Source: Callorhinchus milii (taxonomy: Eukaryota). Taken from it: a stretch of 64,000 nt of DNA. The position numbers were made by a program, and so were the translations under genes. The DNA lies in contig NW_024705176.1 in assembly GCF_018977255.1 (NCBI RefSeq), forward strand, positions 1 to 64,000, written 5' to 3'. Below are positions 35,601 through 50,600 of the stretch, piece after piece. The notes beneath the pieces are model-generated. The model had not been told where the DNA came from, did not search any database, and saw only the letters and a list, made by a program, of their open reading frames with translations. Within the stretch, counting starts at the first letter, position 1. Every line of letters begins with the position of its first letter.

Positions 35601-38600
35601 CTCGGCAGTCTGTTCATCCACTGAATGATGATCCCTATATGAGGTCGCCACCGCTGTTCCGCTAAACTTTATTTGCCTGTTACCCATCAGCAAAGCGCCT
35701 GTTTACGGAAAGCCCTCAGTCTTAGGAGTTACAACCGGGGGCTGCGCGGGCTGCAGGGGGTATGCAAGAACACACTGCTAACGCACATAACTGGTATGTC
35801 AGTCCCACGCCGCGTGGAGTGGAGATTGTTTGTTAAGCGCCGTGGTATTGCCACTCCAGGCGATTTCCACATGCTTCTGAAGTTGGGGTGCGTGAACAAG
35901 GTCCTGTCTACTGTGGCGTTTCTTTCGCGACGGCCAGTGGACTAACGCAACGGATTGACGTCTGTGTCGTAAGCGCTGTGTAGGCGGCACGCGCCGACAT
36001 GGACTCTGGTAAAAGGGTTAGGCCTTACAGAGCGAAGGTGTAGTATCGGGGCTGAAAAAGAGACACATTTTCCTAGTAAATTGTACATCTCTTCCCGCGT
36101 ACCGCCTCAGCTGACTGCCCCGATAGAATCCACTTAAGGTGGGGCACACTCGGAGACGATCCGGGCCCCTCGACAGCTAATGACCCACACCAGCACTATG
36201 GCGGAACTATGGTGAACGATGCGGACATCACTTACCCTGTCCAGCTGGGGAATTTCCTCCCACAACGGAAGCGTTACTCAATGCGTAGGGGGGGAGTCCT
36301 CTAGCAAAGAATAACCTCCTATTTGAGACCTATGAAGGGTTGGTCTCGATTCCGAACTGCATAAATGGAGCTGGCTCGGCCTGACTAATACTGTCTCTCT
36401 GAACAACCCCTACACTGTAGGACCCTCGCATAAGACAAGATAGGGTTAAGTCTTACGCACCGCTGCTGTTAGTCGACACATCGAGACTGCCCGCCTGGCG
36501 AAACAGTGAGCATCGACAATCCACATATTAGTCCATATTCAATTCCATACCGTTGCGGTTCACACTAAATGGTTACCCCATAATAACTGGATTTAGGTAT
36601 AAGAAGGACCCTCACAAGTTCTGTGTCGCGACACGTGTGGACTAGGCCATGCCGTTCGACATGGCCACAATGGGTACGACCCACTTCGATTAGCGACGTC
36701 GAATTGTGGTGATTGGGGTATTGGACGCAACCGGGACCACTAGTTGACCGCTGTGACTTATGATAGGTGTAGCGCTTGTACAAACGCTGATTGAAAACGA
36801 GGAAGTATCGACCGTTATTATGTTACCTGAGATCCAACTGAACCGGATCCATCCTGATCACTAGCGGAAGTAAAACGCCAACGTTGACCGGTTCGTATTC
36901 GTCTCCGACTCCATGGCCTTCGCCCCTAAGCATCCGGTCTTGTGGTCCGTCATTTACTGGATAGGGTAATGGAACGACAGTAATCTACTGGAGAGATCGG
37001 AATATCAGCTATTTACACCAGTCAACCGTCTACTAAACAAAATAAGCTGTCGTTGCCAACCATCGTATTCATACGCTTATTATCACATAGCATGGGTACA
37101 CTAGTAGATTAGAAAGAGGGTTTTATGCGGCGAACGCGCCTACACAGCCAACTACAATCTTAAACTTCACACGTTAACTAGGGAACATAAATCCAGCCTC
37201 AGACCAGCCGTGCATTTCTGGTGTTTTTGTGCGGCAGCCCCGTGTAAAACATCCGAAACGGTCGTGTCCTTGTAGAGCTCACACTGCAGTACTCCACGAC
37301 GGCTATCATCGGCATTTATCACGGCATAATTGCTACCGATCAAGGTTGAATGCTCCACCGAACAAGGTCTGACTGGTAGTTATCTGATTAGGTGGCACTC
37401 GGTCTAGTATGCGTAGGTTTACAAAATTACACCAAAAGTTATAGCTCTATCCTCAACCTTAAAATGCCAGCTCTCGATTGCTAGGGGGATGTCATTACAG
37501 TGGGCCCACCATACCGCATAGGGGATGCTAGGCGATTTACTCCCATAGGACAAGTATAAGTACGGGCATCCCAGTGAAGGATGGAGACTTGCCATTAATA
37601 GTCCCGCGGGTCTAGGAGCTAGTACTATTGTAATAAAAGCGGGACAACACGGTCGTAGGTTAGGGATCATAGATTGTGTCCGTTGTAGGGGAGTTTCTTA
37701 ACCTTACTTCCTGTCTTAACCCTCCTGGATGGTCACGCTGGGAACAGCAGACTGATTTACGGACGGGAGGATATCTATCCCCATGCCTCATCCGATCCGA
37801 TATTGCCCTCAGGTTTTGTAAAGCCGTCTGACTCTGATATATATATGCTACAACCGAGACAGAAGAGGGGTTGGCCGATCCAATTTTAGAGCATCTGGTC
37901 TATATGGGGGGCGCTGGTAGGACGGTATGAGCATGGTTTAACTTCATCTCAGTGAATCTGATAGACCTCGGCACCATGAAGTAAAACTGTTAAGCGTTCC
38001 TTCTATATTTTTGACCAATTAAGTGGGCCCGCCGCGTCTTTATCCAAACCGTGGTAATTCCTAGATGATGGACTAGACTGTCGCCCGGCTGCTGGAACTG
38101 CCTTGACATTGGACAGTGCGCGCAAGAAAAGTCCTACGTTTATTTCAACAGGAATTTAGCCTCACAAGACATTTCTCTTGATGGCGCTTGTTATTCGCGG
38201 CGTTGTGCTATTCAGCTGGTCAGACGCACACATGTGCAGCCTCTTGCTAGGGGAGACCGGAACCTCCGTACCGGTACAGTCCGTGTCGAATCGACACGAT
38301 GACCTTCTTTTGGTTATTTCGCTGATACTCGATCCGAGGTTCGGGTTGCCCTTAGTTTGATAGTACCGCTCAGGCAGCACCATCTCATTTACCAAGCCCG
38401 GAACAACTCGTGTAGACAATAGCCCGTAAAATTCTGGGTCCCGCCTTAATACTGTTGTCGGAGGCGGCATGTGTAGCGTTTGAGCAGTCCGGCAATGATT
38501 GAAGTCGATGGTTTCCGACAGTGGGAGACGACTCCGGTGGCACATCCGGTTTACCACCATGAAAGTGTCCCTATAGCACGCTTTAACCCGGTGTCGTGTG

Positions 38601-41600
38601 AGTATTCGCCGGTCCGTACTTCGTCGCAGCGGTACGATGCCGTATCCAACCATATTTAATTTCCTCGGGCCTTGCGTCGCTCGGATTTCAGAGCTGCGTT
38701 CCGTTTGACCTGCGGGTATCGCCATGACTCGTGCCTATGTAAGATACCCCGGTGTCTCAACACTGCCTTCACGTGTCATTATAACTATGGCCCAAATGAC
38801 TTCTGCCTACGTCTCCTTCGAAGCCATGCCACTCCCAACACTGTGGGAAAGGTCTTCTCGGGACATGAGTCGACTTATTGTGAGTAGTCCCGCCGAGTGA
38901 GCAGCGTCATTGGGTAATAAGTGCTCATAGTCCCCGTAGGGCTAGGTCCCCTGTATGCAGGCCAACATATCTAGAGCCGAGTCACCAGTGAACCTCGCTG
39001 CTGAATCTAGTAAAATACTTTTAGAGTTCGATAATAATGAGATAGGTAGTTGTGCACAATAGGCACGGTCGTGTAACTAGACTTAATAGTGGCATCTCGC
39101 CGCCCCGACGTCCTTCATTAGGGAACCAGGCACGGGTCTCACGGTCGATGTCGGGGCTGGGCTCCCAAACCCGCCTAATGCTCCATCAGCCGATACTTTG
39201 TCAAGGTGTGCAGTAGATTAGTTTGGCTCCCATATTCTGTTCCCGCTCTTGCACACTATCGACAATTGGCAGTGAGATCGCGATTTAATGCCAAGAATTA
39301 CAAACGGACCTAGCTACTCCAAGACGCCCTAGGTCGCATCGAGACTAGGATAAAGGAAACGGAAACATAGAGATCAAGGATGATTTCGCAGGCCGACACG
39401 TCTTATAGAGGTCATCATTGGAGAATCAGGAGTTCGCCCCTCGCCATGAACAGTCAGCGCTTCGTCGGCCTCCCGGCGGCGAGTGCAATGAGCGCCGAGC
39501 CGCGGGTGAGGATTTAAGATCCAGCTCGTTTGATTCGATGTGGTTAATAATGGTAGGGGGCCTAGTTTATCTGAACGGAGCATAATTAAACTAATCGCCG
39601 CTAGGTCCCTAACGCTTCACGGGATGAACCTACTCAAATGATTATACTGTTCTGCCCTGAATATCGAAGTATAGTTGCTAACTTGTAACGTTGTCGTGCT
39701 GGCCGGGCAACGTTATAGCTATAACGCACCGAATCAAATGGGCACTATAGGCCTGCAATTACATGATGGAGAGATGCGTAAAGGGCATGTTGCATCAACT
39801 CATGCCATGCTGACGACCGAGTCCCAGGGCTTCTTTTACTGAAGGTCAAACCGTTCAGCATGTCCCACCCTTAACAACATGCGAACTACGCGCACTTACC
39901 CATCTATGGGGATACTAAAGTGCGCGAATGGGGCTGAAAGAAAGATGCAATACCCCGGACCACAAAACGGGCCGGAGCTAAAACCTGAGGACCATGGGAC
40001 TGCGATAAATGTTATAAAGTCAGATAACCTAGGTCGAAACGAGTCTGTTCCGACCGAACTCTCATTGGTTTAAAGTAGAGTGTGGGGAATCTCCGCTCAT
40101 GTATGGGGTGTACTTCCGCCTGTGAGCAAGCTGGCCCCCTCTCACTAATTCCACATGCAGCATACACGATGCTCCATAGAGGTTCGCCTGACGTGTTCGC
40201 GGAAGCACGACAATCCGGATGGGTCATCGTATGGGGATGGCATAACCGAGTTATATGGCCACGATCAACATTTTCTAACGGGGCTTCTACTGGTTTCAGT
40301 CATGCACATGTTGCGATCTGCTATGAGCAAAGACATCGATCAATTCCCAGGTGTACAAGAGGCAAACTGCGACACATGGGCGAAAACACATATACGTTGG
40401 TCCCGTGGTACTGTTATTGTAGTTTCCCCTCGAACGGGGAATTCCAACCCTTCGAGCCTTATCAAGGGTGCACCGGCGCATCTCTCAATGGGGTTCATTA
40501 GACGTCCTGTGTACTGTTCGTCCCGAGAGCGTGGCGGGGTCGCGGGGAGGACCTGTTACCCTTGGGGAACCCTGGTGTGGGGGGCATTAGGGCATGAGCC
40601 ATAGTCTAGCAAGATACCTATAATGTATGGCGAGCGAACTCGTAACCAAATAGGGAGCAACGGCATCGAAAGACACCCCCGCTTCTCATAAGCACTCGGG
40701 GCTCCCCTTGTGCGGAACACGTGCACACGGCAAAACGACCGCAGCGCGACTATGAACACGAGCCAGGTACCGAAGGCAGTAGTCTCACTTCATATCCTTC
40801 AAGAATGCACGCCTCTCTCCCTCAGTGGCTCGTACCTATGCAAATAGCGCGCGGGCCCTTCAACCTTAAAGGAGGAACAGGCATTGAGGTTTCAGTCGTG
40901 AGCGCTAGAGCAGATATTCTACGGATCCTGACGCTGCGACGACCACCAGAATATTAGATCAGATATATACGGAAATAACTGACTACATCACGAACCCAAA
41001 TTGTTTGGCTGGAAATACGTTGACAAGTCAGTCAGCTTATCTTCTGGCACGTCGGTCGTTTCAGGTTGTAAACTTCACACTTGTCGCAGTAATGCCCATC
41101 CATTATTCCTAGCCAAATATTACTCCACCATGGATTCTAGCCCAGGTCATTGGATCACGATGGATTTCTGATTCGAATAGAAGAACAGCCTATTCACTGC
41201 TGATGCCTCCTACAATTTGCGCCGCTATTAAATGGGCGATGAGTGCCTGAACGTGACGCGAGGAACGTAACAGAGACACAAGCGGCAGAACAGGCGGTCA
41301 ATTCAACGCTGAGGTATATCAACATGTTCCAGACCGTATTTCAACGTCGTGATTCGTCATGCAACCATCGGTGCGTTTAATGGGGCTCGTACTGAAGTGG
41401 CGCCAATGGAAGGAGAACAGTCGATAAGGGCTGCGGGGAGGAACTCGGGCTGCCCCAAGGTTAGTCGTTTTGGGATAAATAGGGTCAATGCTTACTGCCG
41501 AAATTAATATGGAGCCCGGATCCCACGAATTGCCTTATTAAGTCTACTACGTTTTAAACCTATGATGGAAATATGGGACGGACAAATTAGGCGGACAATG

Positions 41601-44600
41601 CATCATAACGATGCGGCATCAGAGCAAACACGCCAAGAGAGGATACTAGCCGTAGTGAAGGTTCCGCGGATGCGATTAAGGGCCTTACTGACATCATGTC
41701 CGTACGTCTAAGTAGCTAGATTCTAATCGAATCACTCCGAAACGAGATGAGTGTGCGTTTACGCGCCAATCTTTACGCCCGACTTCGCCTAGCCCATAAA
41801 CGTTGAGCTGACGCGCAGGATCCCTGAATTGCTCAATGGCTAGTGGTGACGCCCTGAATTTATCGTTAGTGCGCCCCTCTAACTTGAACTCATAATGTTG
41901 TAGGTTAGTAGCCGGTATAACCCTTTGCGCCGAACATCTCCTCGATGCTTAACTGGGTTTAAGCTTGCGAGACACTTCGCCCAAGGCGGAGTGAGCGATG
42001 GGAGCTGCCATAATTGCAGTCGGCCTTACATAGAGTGCATCAGCGCAAGCATCCCAGCTCGGGTTCCTATCACAGCTAAAAGCATTGAGTTCACGGCGAA
42101 TAGGCACCAAGGTGTGCTGTGCGTTGAACTAAGAACCTTCAAGTAGCGCGCGTTCATGTAGGTTGGGGCTTATCGGTAAAGGTTGTGCATGCTTCCTTAA
42201 TATAGTGTCCGAGGCTCTACCGCCTTTGGGCGAAATGGGCGCGGGGCTCGCCAGCACAGAGGCAAAGCCGCACATGACTCTCTATCTCGAGGCGCCAGAT
42301 CGACTGATGGTACCTCACGCCAGACAGATCTCACTAGTTGGCACACTGGTACTCGACAGGTTAGGCCCCCGCTATGGCGACTGATCGACTGAAGACAGCC
42401 GACATACGTGGGCGGGTTCCAAGAGAAGGTTTAAAAATGTAGCGAGATTGATATATTTACTATGTCTCCGGCATACATATCCTGAAAGCCTCTGTCAGCG
42501 CCACACGTTCCTCCTGAATCGACGCAGAATGACTAAGAGCACTGGTTCGTCATCCACAAAAACAAGACGAAGAGGGGCTTCTCTAATCAAGCGCTGTAGC
42601 GCAATCAGAAATTGACCGAGAAACGTAAAAATGTATTTTCTGACAGATACGAGTTGACAAATTACCGTCTTGAGTACCTTGACGATTGTTCACGTTAGTA
42701 TTACCTGATGCGCTCGCACTTGTTACAAATTAAATTTGACTAAGTCGTTGAAGTCCGAACACTACACTTACCCGGAGGACTTGTACGGCTATCAGGGGAG
42801 CATTAGCAACGACTTAATTTCTAGTTTCCTCTCCTCCAGGATTTTTTGTTGAACCGTTAACTTCAGGGTTTTTTGTTGACCAATTGTTACAACCAATCAG
42901 AACAGATAGTATAAAAGAAGCCGGCACGTCACAGCGGGTGGTATCACGCGCTCACAGTTTTTGAGGGCCCCGGTATGGCCTGGATCAACCACCTTTAGTT
43001 CAGGCCTGGGCAGTGTGTAACCCCGCCCTGATTTAGTATCTGAACGTAGCCGGTCTAACTAAATATCTATTCGGACCTCATTTAGGGACTGACCTTACGA
43101 GGCGGTCGTAGTATACCTCAAAGGGTAGATACTCCGATGATCATCTAGCACGATAAGCCATGTCACACTGTGACTTATGTCATTATGGTCTCGACCTCTG
43201 AAATTAACGGATGCATAATTGACTACAAACCTCGGCTTGTGCAGGGTCGAAATTATGACAAGAGGAGTCATTTACTGATTGACCTGAGCTGTATGTAATG
43301 CGTCATGATGGGTCTAACAGGAAGTCCTGCACTCAAGGTTCTTCGGGGATTACTCCTTGTGGGCTGCCGCGCCCGAATGATCTATAAGTGCTTAAAGACG
43401 CACTGTTTTCACTTCTTGTTCCACCATATTTAATTCGAAGACTTTGTTGATCGGACCGGTGAGCGCCGTTCCAGGTCCTGGTTTTCGGACGCCACATTGG
43501 CTGGGAAAAGGACGAGACACCTAGCGGCTAAGGACAGTTCTTGAAGGGCGTCAGCGTGTCGCTAGTACATCACAAAACACTGCGGCTTGGGGCACGATTC
43601 TCCACCTGACTATCATCTTTTAGAATGACAGACAGCGGCTCTGCCTGTGACTGTGTTGCGTGCACGTGCGCAGGAAAGACGGCAGCGTTTAATAATATGT
43701 AGGTCTGAGGCTGGTGCACCAGTAGGAGGAAGTGTCCGACGCCCATTAGTTCCCACACTTCCAAGATGAGAGGAATAGTTACGAATAAATCAAAAAAACG
43801 GTGAACTACCATTGAGGACGACGAAGAGCCCCATGTGCAAACTGTAGATAAGGATAGAGTAAACCGCATTACAGGACTGATCTGTTGTGTACTGTGACAG
43901 CGGCGACTCGCTACTGGGAATCCCTGCTAGCTAGCAGATATAAGCCCTGTTGACATATAGGGACAGTCTCTCCCGGCGATAAAGGCGGTAATTGATTCGC
44001 CAATGCGCCTAGATAACACGTATCGGAGCAAATCGAGCACGATTACTCGGGATCCAGGCTACCGAGGGATGTAGCCGCCTCTAACGCCTCTACCGGCCGT
44101 TATCAATAGGGTAGTTTACATTTTGGTAGAGAGACTCTGGCAATCTAAAACGCAGCATCAAGCCCTTTTCAGTCAGCTCAGCAGCCTGATTGAGGTAAGA
44201 CGTACCTCGCTATTGCCGAACAATTGGCAAACTTGCGAACTGACCGAGCTAAGCTGTAGTCGTTCACCGGAAGTCGTTAAGGCCTGCGCGTTGACGATGG
44301 CTTTTTTATCTTTAGTATTCGAGAAGCGTTGCTGAGAACACCGGTTCAAGCACAAGATATATTCGACGGCGTTCTTAGCTCAAGCGTAATCAACAGTTCC
44401 CTTCTAATACACTACTATCATGATACTCCACCTAGTGATAGTGCCCAATAGGAGTCTATGGACGACTTGTATATACTAGGAGCCGGAAACGCTTTCCGCT
44501 CGACTGCGTTCAAACGCAGTAACGCGACGGGGTAGCTGACCGTCTATTTCTCGACTTGCATGTGAGTTGTGCATATGCGTTTGCATTCGCTAGTCTCGAG

Positions 44601-47600
44601 GCCGGTAAAAGAATTTTCTCCGGTAGAAGCAGTGGCGCCGCGTGGGCGGTATATCCCGCGAGTTCCCACCTGAATAGAAGTGGGGTTGCACGTCTTAAGC
44701 TATGTGGAATCATAATTTCTCCAGCGGAGGAGATTCGTGACATAGATAGGCAAATTGGTCTACTAATAAACTTGGTGGTTTTAGTTTTCGCTGAGGTGGA
44801 CCTCGAGTACACAAGAGTCCGCCTAAATAAGAGCAAGCATTACGACCGAGGTTAGGTCCGTATCGAGCAATGCGAGGAATCGTCCGGTTTAGTTATATTT
44901 ATTGACGATTCTTAGCGTGTTCTGTGTCGGACCCGTCCCACATACAATTATTTTAATTACCCGTAGATCTTTGACGTGGTGCAATACAATAGGAGTTGAA
45001 AACTTGCCCAGGCATGGTAGCACCGTTATTAATTGGGCAGACTTGATGCATTCAGGATGGAACCTAAGATAGTTCACCTGACATGCACACTAAGGCAACT
45101 CTAATCTCCTCCCCAACCCAGACGGTAGTATCTAGTTCATAGGCCGACGTAACGAGTTTTGCCTAACCGTGATTGTAAGATATGGCATCTCCGTGGACGT
45201 ACCTATTCGTTCGCTATTTAATTGGTAGCCAAGCCAATGAGAACCGCTGCTGGGAGTCGCTTTCCATCCTAATAATTTCACCGCAGATCTAGAAGTATGG
45301 TTCCCACATCTAAGCAACCACAGCACGATACACAATCTCTCTATACCAAAGTCATCGCTGGACGCTTGCCCTAGGGCCCTACTAGGGGTCGGACGGCTCT
45401 GTGGGCCCGAAAGTACATAGACCCGCAGCTGGAATTGTAGGTCTCGATCCGACATACCCGTAGTCGTATAAGATTTCGGCAATAATAGAGCGATAGACGC
45501 AGACCTAACCTGGTCCTGACTATCGGATTATCCGAATCACAGATCGAATAATAAGACTTCGGGCAACCTCACGTAGAGTCAGGGTCTTATTAAGGGACAG
45601 CGCTTGAGCGTAGTTGGTCTTAAGACACGCCAGCATGAACACGTGAATACGAGCTGGCTGACTAGTTCCCTCTATTCAAAAACGATGGGCGGACTAGGTG
45701 TTCGCACAAGACCAGACCTCTGTAAGTGTCAGGGCCTACCTACCAAGCTAAGCTGAGATACCGCTCTACTCACTAAAACACAATCTCTTGCTGATTGGTT
45801 CGCGTGTCGATCTTCATCTGTAGCCACCAGCGCCAATGAGTGTGACACGCCGCCAGGCCCTATATTCTCGATGTCAAATTCAAATATAATCGGTTAACAC
45901 CCAGATATGTTCGAAACACATGCTGTAAAGGCCTATCAACCGCAGGTGGTAAACGGTAATAGCGAAAGTGACGGTAACGGATAGTCCCCTGGGGTTATCG
46001 AACAATGGGCCCATCGTACGCTGGAGAAATACCGGTCCCGGGTGCTCAGCAAAGACGGTCAGGCGCTTCGCTCACAGGTGATCTGATGAGTGCCACAATC
46101 CTCGCAATAACTAATAGCAAGCTTTCGTGCACCCACAGAGCGACTGATACTGCTCGCAACGTCACCTTCTACGGACCGTTTTACACGACCAGGAGACCGC
46201 CCTGTTGCGGTTGTAGTCTCTTCCGGGCGGTGGTGGCATTACTCAAAGTAAATTTAAGGGTGCCTCAGACAACACGTTTGAGATACTAACTTAGACCCTC
46301 AAACAACCACTCTAACTGCGAACCGAGGGCTACGTAGCAGTATAGGGCTGGTCTACCAACAGCCCCGCTAACGTGGGTGTTCTCGTTAGCTCAACGGTAA
46401 CCACTCCGGATGAATTGGTCTTGTACGCTACTCACTTATCAAGAATTAACCAAAGTGAAATAACTGTCCTGCATCGGCCCACGCGGGTACCCCACGGGAA
46501 AGTCCGCGTGTGATTAGGACTCATTCTGAAACTAATCGTTAATATCGCGGTTTCGAACCATTGATGAAAGTCCAGCAGTCGAAATTTTTAAAGTATTAGC
46601 GGTCATCGAAATTCGTATGTGAGGTGACTCCGGAATCAATTGAGTGCAAGGCATTTCATCCAAATAAGCGAGCGTAGTAGAATGGTCTTTGCGCTGTCTA
46701 ACTTGTCATGGTGCATCATGATATAGATCTGGGGTTTATTCTTTACCCGAAGGTTGTCAAGAGATACGCCGGAACCTGCACAATGTACTTGTCGTGGGAC
46801 CTGCGGGACGCTGCGCCTGGTGCTTCATAATTACTTGCGATTGTAGGTAGAAGGTGAGAAGTGTGCGAAGCACCTTGATTGTATTATGTAAAGTAACGTA
46901 TAAAACCGGAAGGTTTGTTACTCCATGTAAGACGATCCCGGCCTCAGAATGATGGCATGATGGCCCATCATGATTGGTATGCCCCCTATCTTGTGCATTT
47001 AAACTTTGTGTTGAACTTACTGTGGATAAATCCGTTCGTCTGTCGACGTCTTAAAACTACTAGCGGGCGCATGTCGTTCACGTGGCGGGTTAAGGGTCTC
47101 TGTAGGCTCATCGGCCTGTGATCAATAAGTCGGGACCCAACCTGAAATGGCGGACGAACCTTGGAAGCCCTTCGTACTACTATATGTGAAGGGTTCAATG
47201 CTGGCAGCGCAATCCCCACTCGCTCACGGCGGCAGCCCTGCTATTTCTCAATGAGAGTGTATTGTAAGTTAGTTCATCATGCGGTCTTCTTAGATGATTA
47301 GCGCTAAGTGACCACGAGTTTGCGGCCTCTCGATGCTACCTACTCAACTAGCGTGATCTTTCAGCTAACATATGAGGGGTTACTCGCCGTATCACTTGTC
47401 TAGTTGAGAACGTCTCACAAATTGTGGCACCGCCCGGTTGTGCAGTCGATCGGACTGGTGACCATCTGTACAGCCATCGGCTTCCCCGTGCTCATGAAGT
47501 AGTGGGTGCATGAGAGGCGATCGTCAGGCTTGAAGGCATTCTGGGTAGGAATGTGCGGGAGGGGTAGCGTCAGACTGCAGGCCCAACGACTAGGCGGACC

Positions 47601-50600
47601 CAAATCAAGTATTGTTATAGGGAGCCGAGCCGGTACAGTTTCGACACACACCTAGCACAAGATGCTTGGATACAACCAAGTTTGTTGAGAACCTTCAAGG
47701 CTCGTTTTAGTGTAGCAGCGAATTAGGCAGATATCGTACAAAGTTTGAATTCACTCCCCCACCTCAGATATGATCTCGGTAAACTCTGAGTGTGCGCAGT
47801 CACTTTTTCGAGCATGCAGACTATCAGATCGCTCCCACCATAGTACCTTAATCCATGTACCCCTATAATAGGAGGCTTGGGTCAGAGTGGTGTAGTATCT
47901 GACCGTATGCCTCTCCACGCATTTGGATCCTCGCGACAAACCCTCGGATTTGGTATTAAGTTTCCCGAGGGGGCCCGGTACGGGTTGGTATGTGGTGGCT
48001 CTAGGGAGGATTGCTAATCGGGTGAATGCTGCGACGGAGGCTCACCTATCCTATACTGCATGTTTAGACCATAGCTTGGGCCGTTGAAGTTTCCCGGTGT
48101 ATCCATGGTTGACCGGCGTCCGGGGCTTGAGTTGGACGGTGCTAGCCTTTCGTCGTTCCCTCTACGTCAGGCGTTCCGTCCTGTTTCTGAAAGAGGCGCT
48201 GCATGCGGTTCGCATAAGGGGGGTCATACCTCCGAGGTTTTAGATGTGTCCAGGCCTTGAAGGAGTTGCCTACCAATAGGTGTTAGGGCAGACAAACAAG
48301 GTTTATACACTAAGGTGTTTCCAGCCAGATTGAGTGGAGCTGACGACGGTGAGTAAAACGAATTGACCAGCAAACCGCAACGGAATTCACCTTACGCGTA
48401 AGATGTACCGGACATCTCTAGAACATGACAATCCCCAATGATGGGCTCTGAGCCTCTACTTTATCCCCACCTGCGGTTTCAAGTCCAAATAGTTGTTGCA
48501 GATTTCCTACATGAATATACGTACATAGGACTCTATCCTATGTCACTTCCCGAGTTAAGGGCAACTGTAGATAAGCGGGAGTGCTACCTGGCGTCGCTTT
48601 TTATAGGATTTAAAAATTAGCAGCTGTGCACTCATAGATCTCCGCTGGAGCGTAAAAAGGACAAATCCTGTGCTCAATGAGCATCGGACTTGGTATCTTC
48701 CACTGGGGGGGTCCTTCTAAATTACACTACTCTACCCCCCAACCGCAAACTTAGATTCAGCTATAACAGTAGATACTCAGGTGGTGCAGGCGAGTTCATT
48801 TATGTCGCATGCGCAGCTTGTTGGTAAAAAGGACGGCAAGCGTGAGTGCGCTTACATGAGGTCCAACGCAATATACTGTGTCTGTTAATTGTAATCGCAC
48901 AGGACGCCAACTGAGGTAACGACGCGACGAGACCCTGCCAGTTGTCGTGCCACTGATTCACCATGCACGGCTAAAGGCCGCAGCTAATTGATGAGTCAGC
49001 AATGTAGCCATCTTTGGATTGGACATGTTCTGTGGGCTGTAGAGGGACTGAATCGGACACCTAAGGTGGAGGGCGGGCTCCCCTCTTCACAATCATTTCT
49101 ATAGGCCCTCAGGCATGATTCGTAAAGTGATTCCTCGATTCAACGTTAACATCATGGACGATTCCGAACTCTATGATGCGCAGAATTAGAGGTGAGGTAG
49201 CACCGTAACGAGCGGATTTTATGCGGGGTTCTCCAGGCCAGGGTTAATGCGGATTGCAGACTTTGGATCTTACATTGTCATCCGGTTCACAAAGCACGAG
49301 ACATACGTCTTGTAGGGAACAAACCCCGGTATTTGCCACCAGAATAGCTTTACGTTAAGTTTAATGAAAGCCCACTGGCTGAGACCCATACAATGGCCAT
49401 TTCGGGTGGTCTCCCATGGGGCGAGGGCGTAACTCAAAACACGCTGCTATGAACAGCTTTACCGCCAGGTAGGACATATATTCCGAAACTGCATTTCTGA
49501 CGTTGTCCCCCCCCGCGAGCATCCACCCCACAGAATGCTGGGAGCTACATGATCTGACCACAGATGAGAACCTCTTGCCGCGAATGTTATATGTGAAGCT
49601 TACATAAGTGTTTCCTAGGTGGGGTTTACCTCGCGCATGTTGTTTAACTGAACGCGCTCTCCCCGAGACAGTCAGTGCACCGGAGTCCTACATAGTGCTA
49701 GCTGGAATCACGGTCTTGATAGGTGCCCTTGTTTATAAACCTACTCTAGCGTTACTTTGCTTTGGACACAAACCCTGTCCGGACGCAGGTGCGGGCAAAG
49801 GAACTCCAGCATCCAATAGTTTGATATCGACTAGGCCCAGCTCTGTGCAGGTTTGTCCGAAATCGTTCACCTATGTCGTTTTAACAGTCTAATGAACACG
49901 GGTACATCAGCAAAGATGACTAGTCTTGATCCATTTTAAAGCCGCGAAGATATAATTTGAGGTCCAACATTAGCGCGCAATTTTGACAGCACCAGCATCG
50001 CCTAAAGACTGGAGTAGACTCGTCTGTAAAGTCAGTGTCAAGCATTTGGCTGGCGCATACTCTTATGGGCAACGACAAGTCGACCCTCTGCGCAGTAACA
50101 CCGTTTCAGAGTCCATCCGAGCATCTCGACTCAAAATGGAGTTCTTCCATGACGTAGGAAGGCCCCCTCCGGGACAGCCATAAAGATTAAAAATCGGAGC
50201 GTATGTACCTCTTCTCTCCTTGCAGATGCTCTCATTCAAATTAAAGGAGCCAGCGCGGGCCGCGCCACCGATCCAAATCTAGTAGTCTAGAACTAATCGA
50301 CACACAGATGATTTCTACTAAATGAAATGGAGACAAGCCTTGTCTTCCGCGTTGGTATGCCGGCAAGCGACCAATATTCCAGCGAGATATCGCCAGCGCC
50401 TGACTTGCAGAAATTAAAAACAGCATAAAACTCGATTCAGAGACAGGAGCATCTCATCATTGGCCAGTGACTATAGTGCATATCGTGTCCTGTTCGTTTT
50501 AAGTTATTAACTTCCATTCATATTGTTTTACCCTGTCATGGAGAGATGCTGCTGCGAAGGCTGTATATCTTTACCCGGAAAATACAAGGGATACGCCGGT

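Noticed and set aside
38162-38725. 187-aa minus-strand ORF, longest after the gap
   Set aside because: No recognisable motif, non-ATG start, length plausible by chance in 43 kb of six-frame random sequence
40082-40604. Two overlapping 139-149 aa ORFs
   Set aside because: No recognisable protein features; consistent with chance
42837-42879. 16-nt near-direct repeat cagg(a/g)ttttttgttga spaced 27 nt
   Set aside because: Only two low-complexity copies, no array; not a CRISPR, treated as chance
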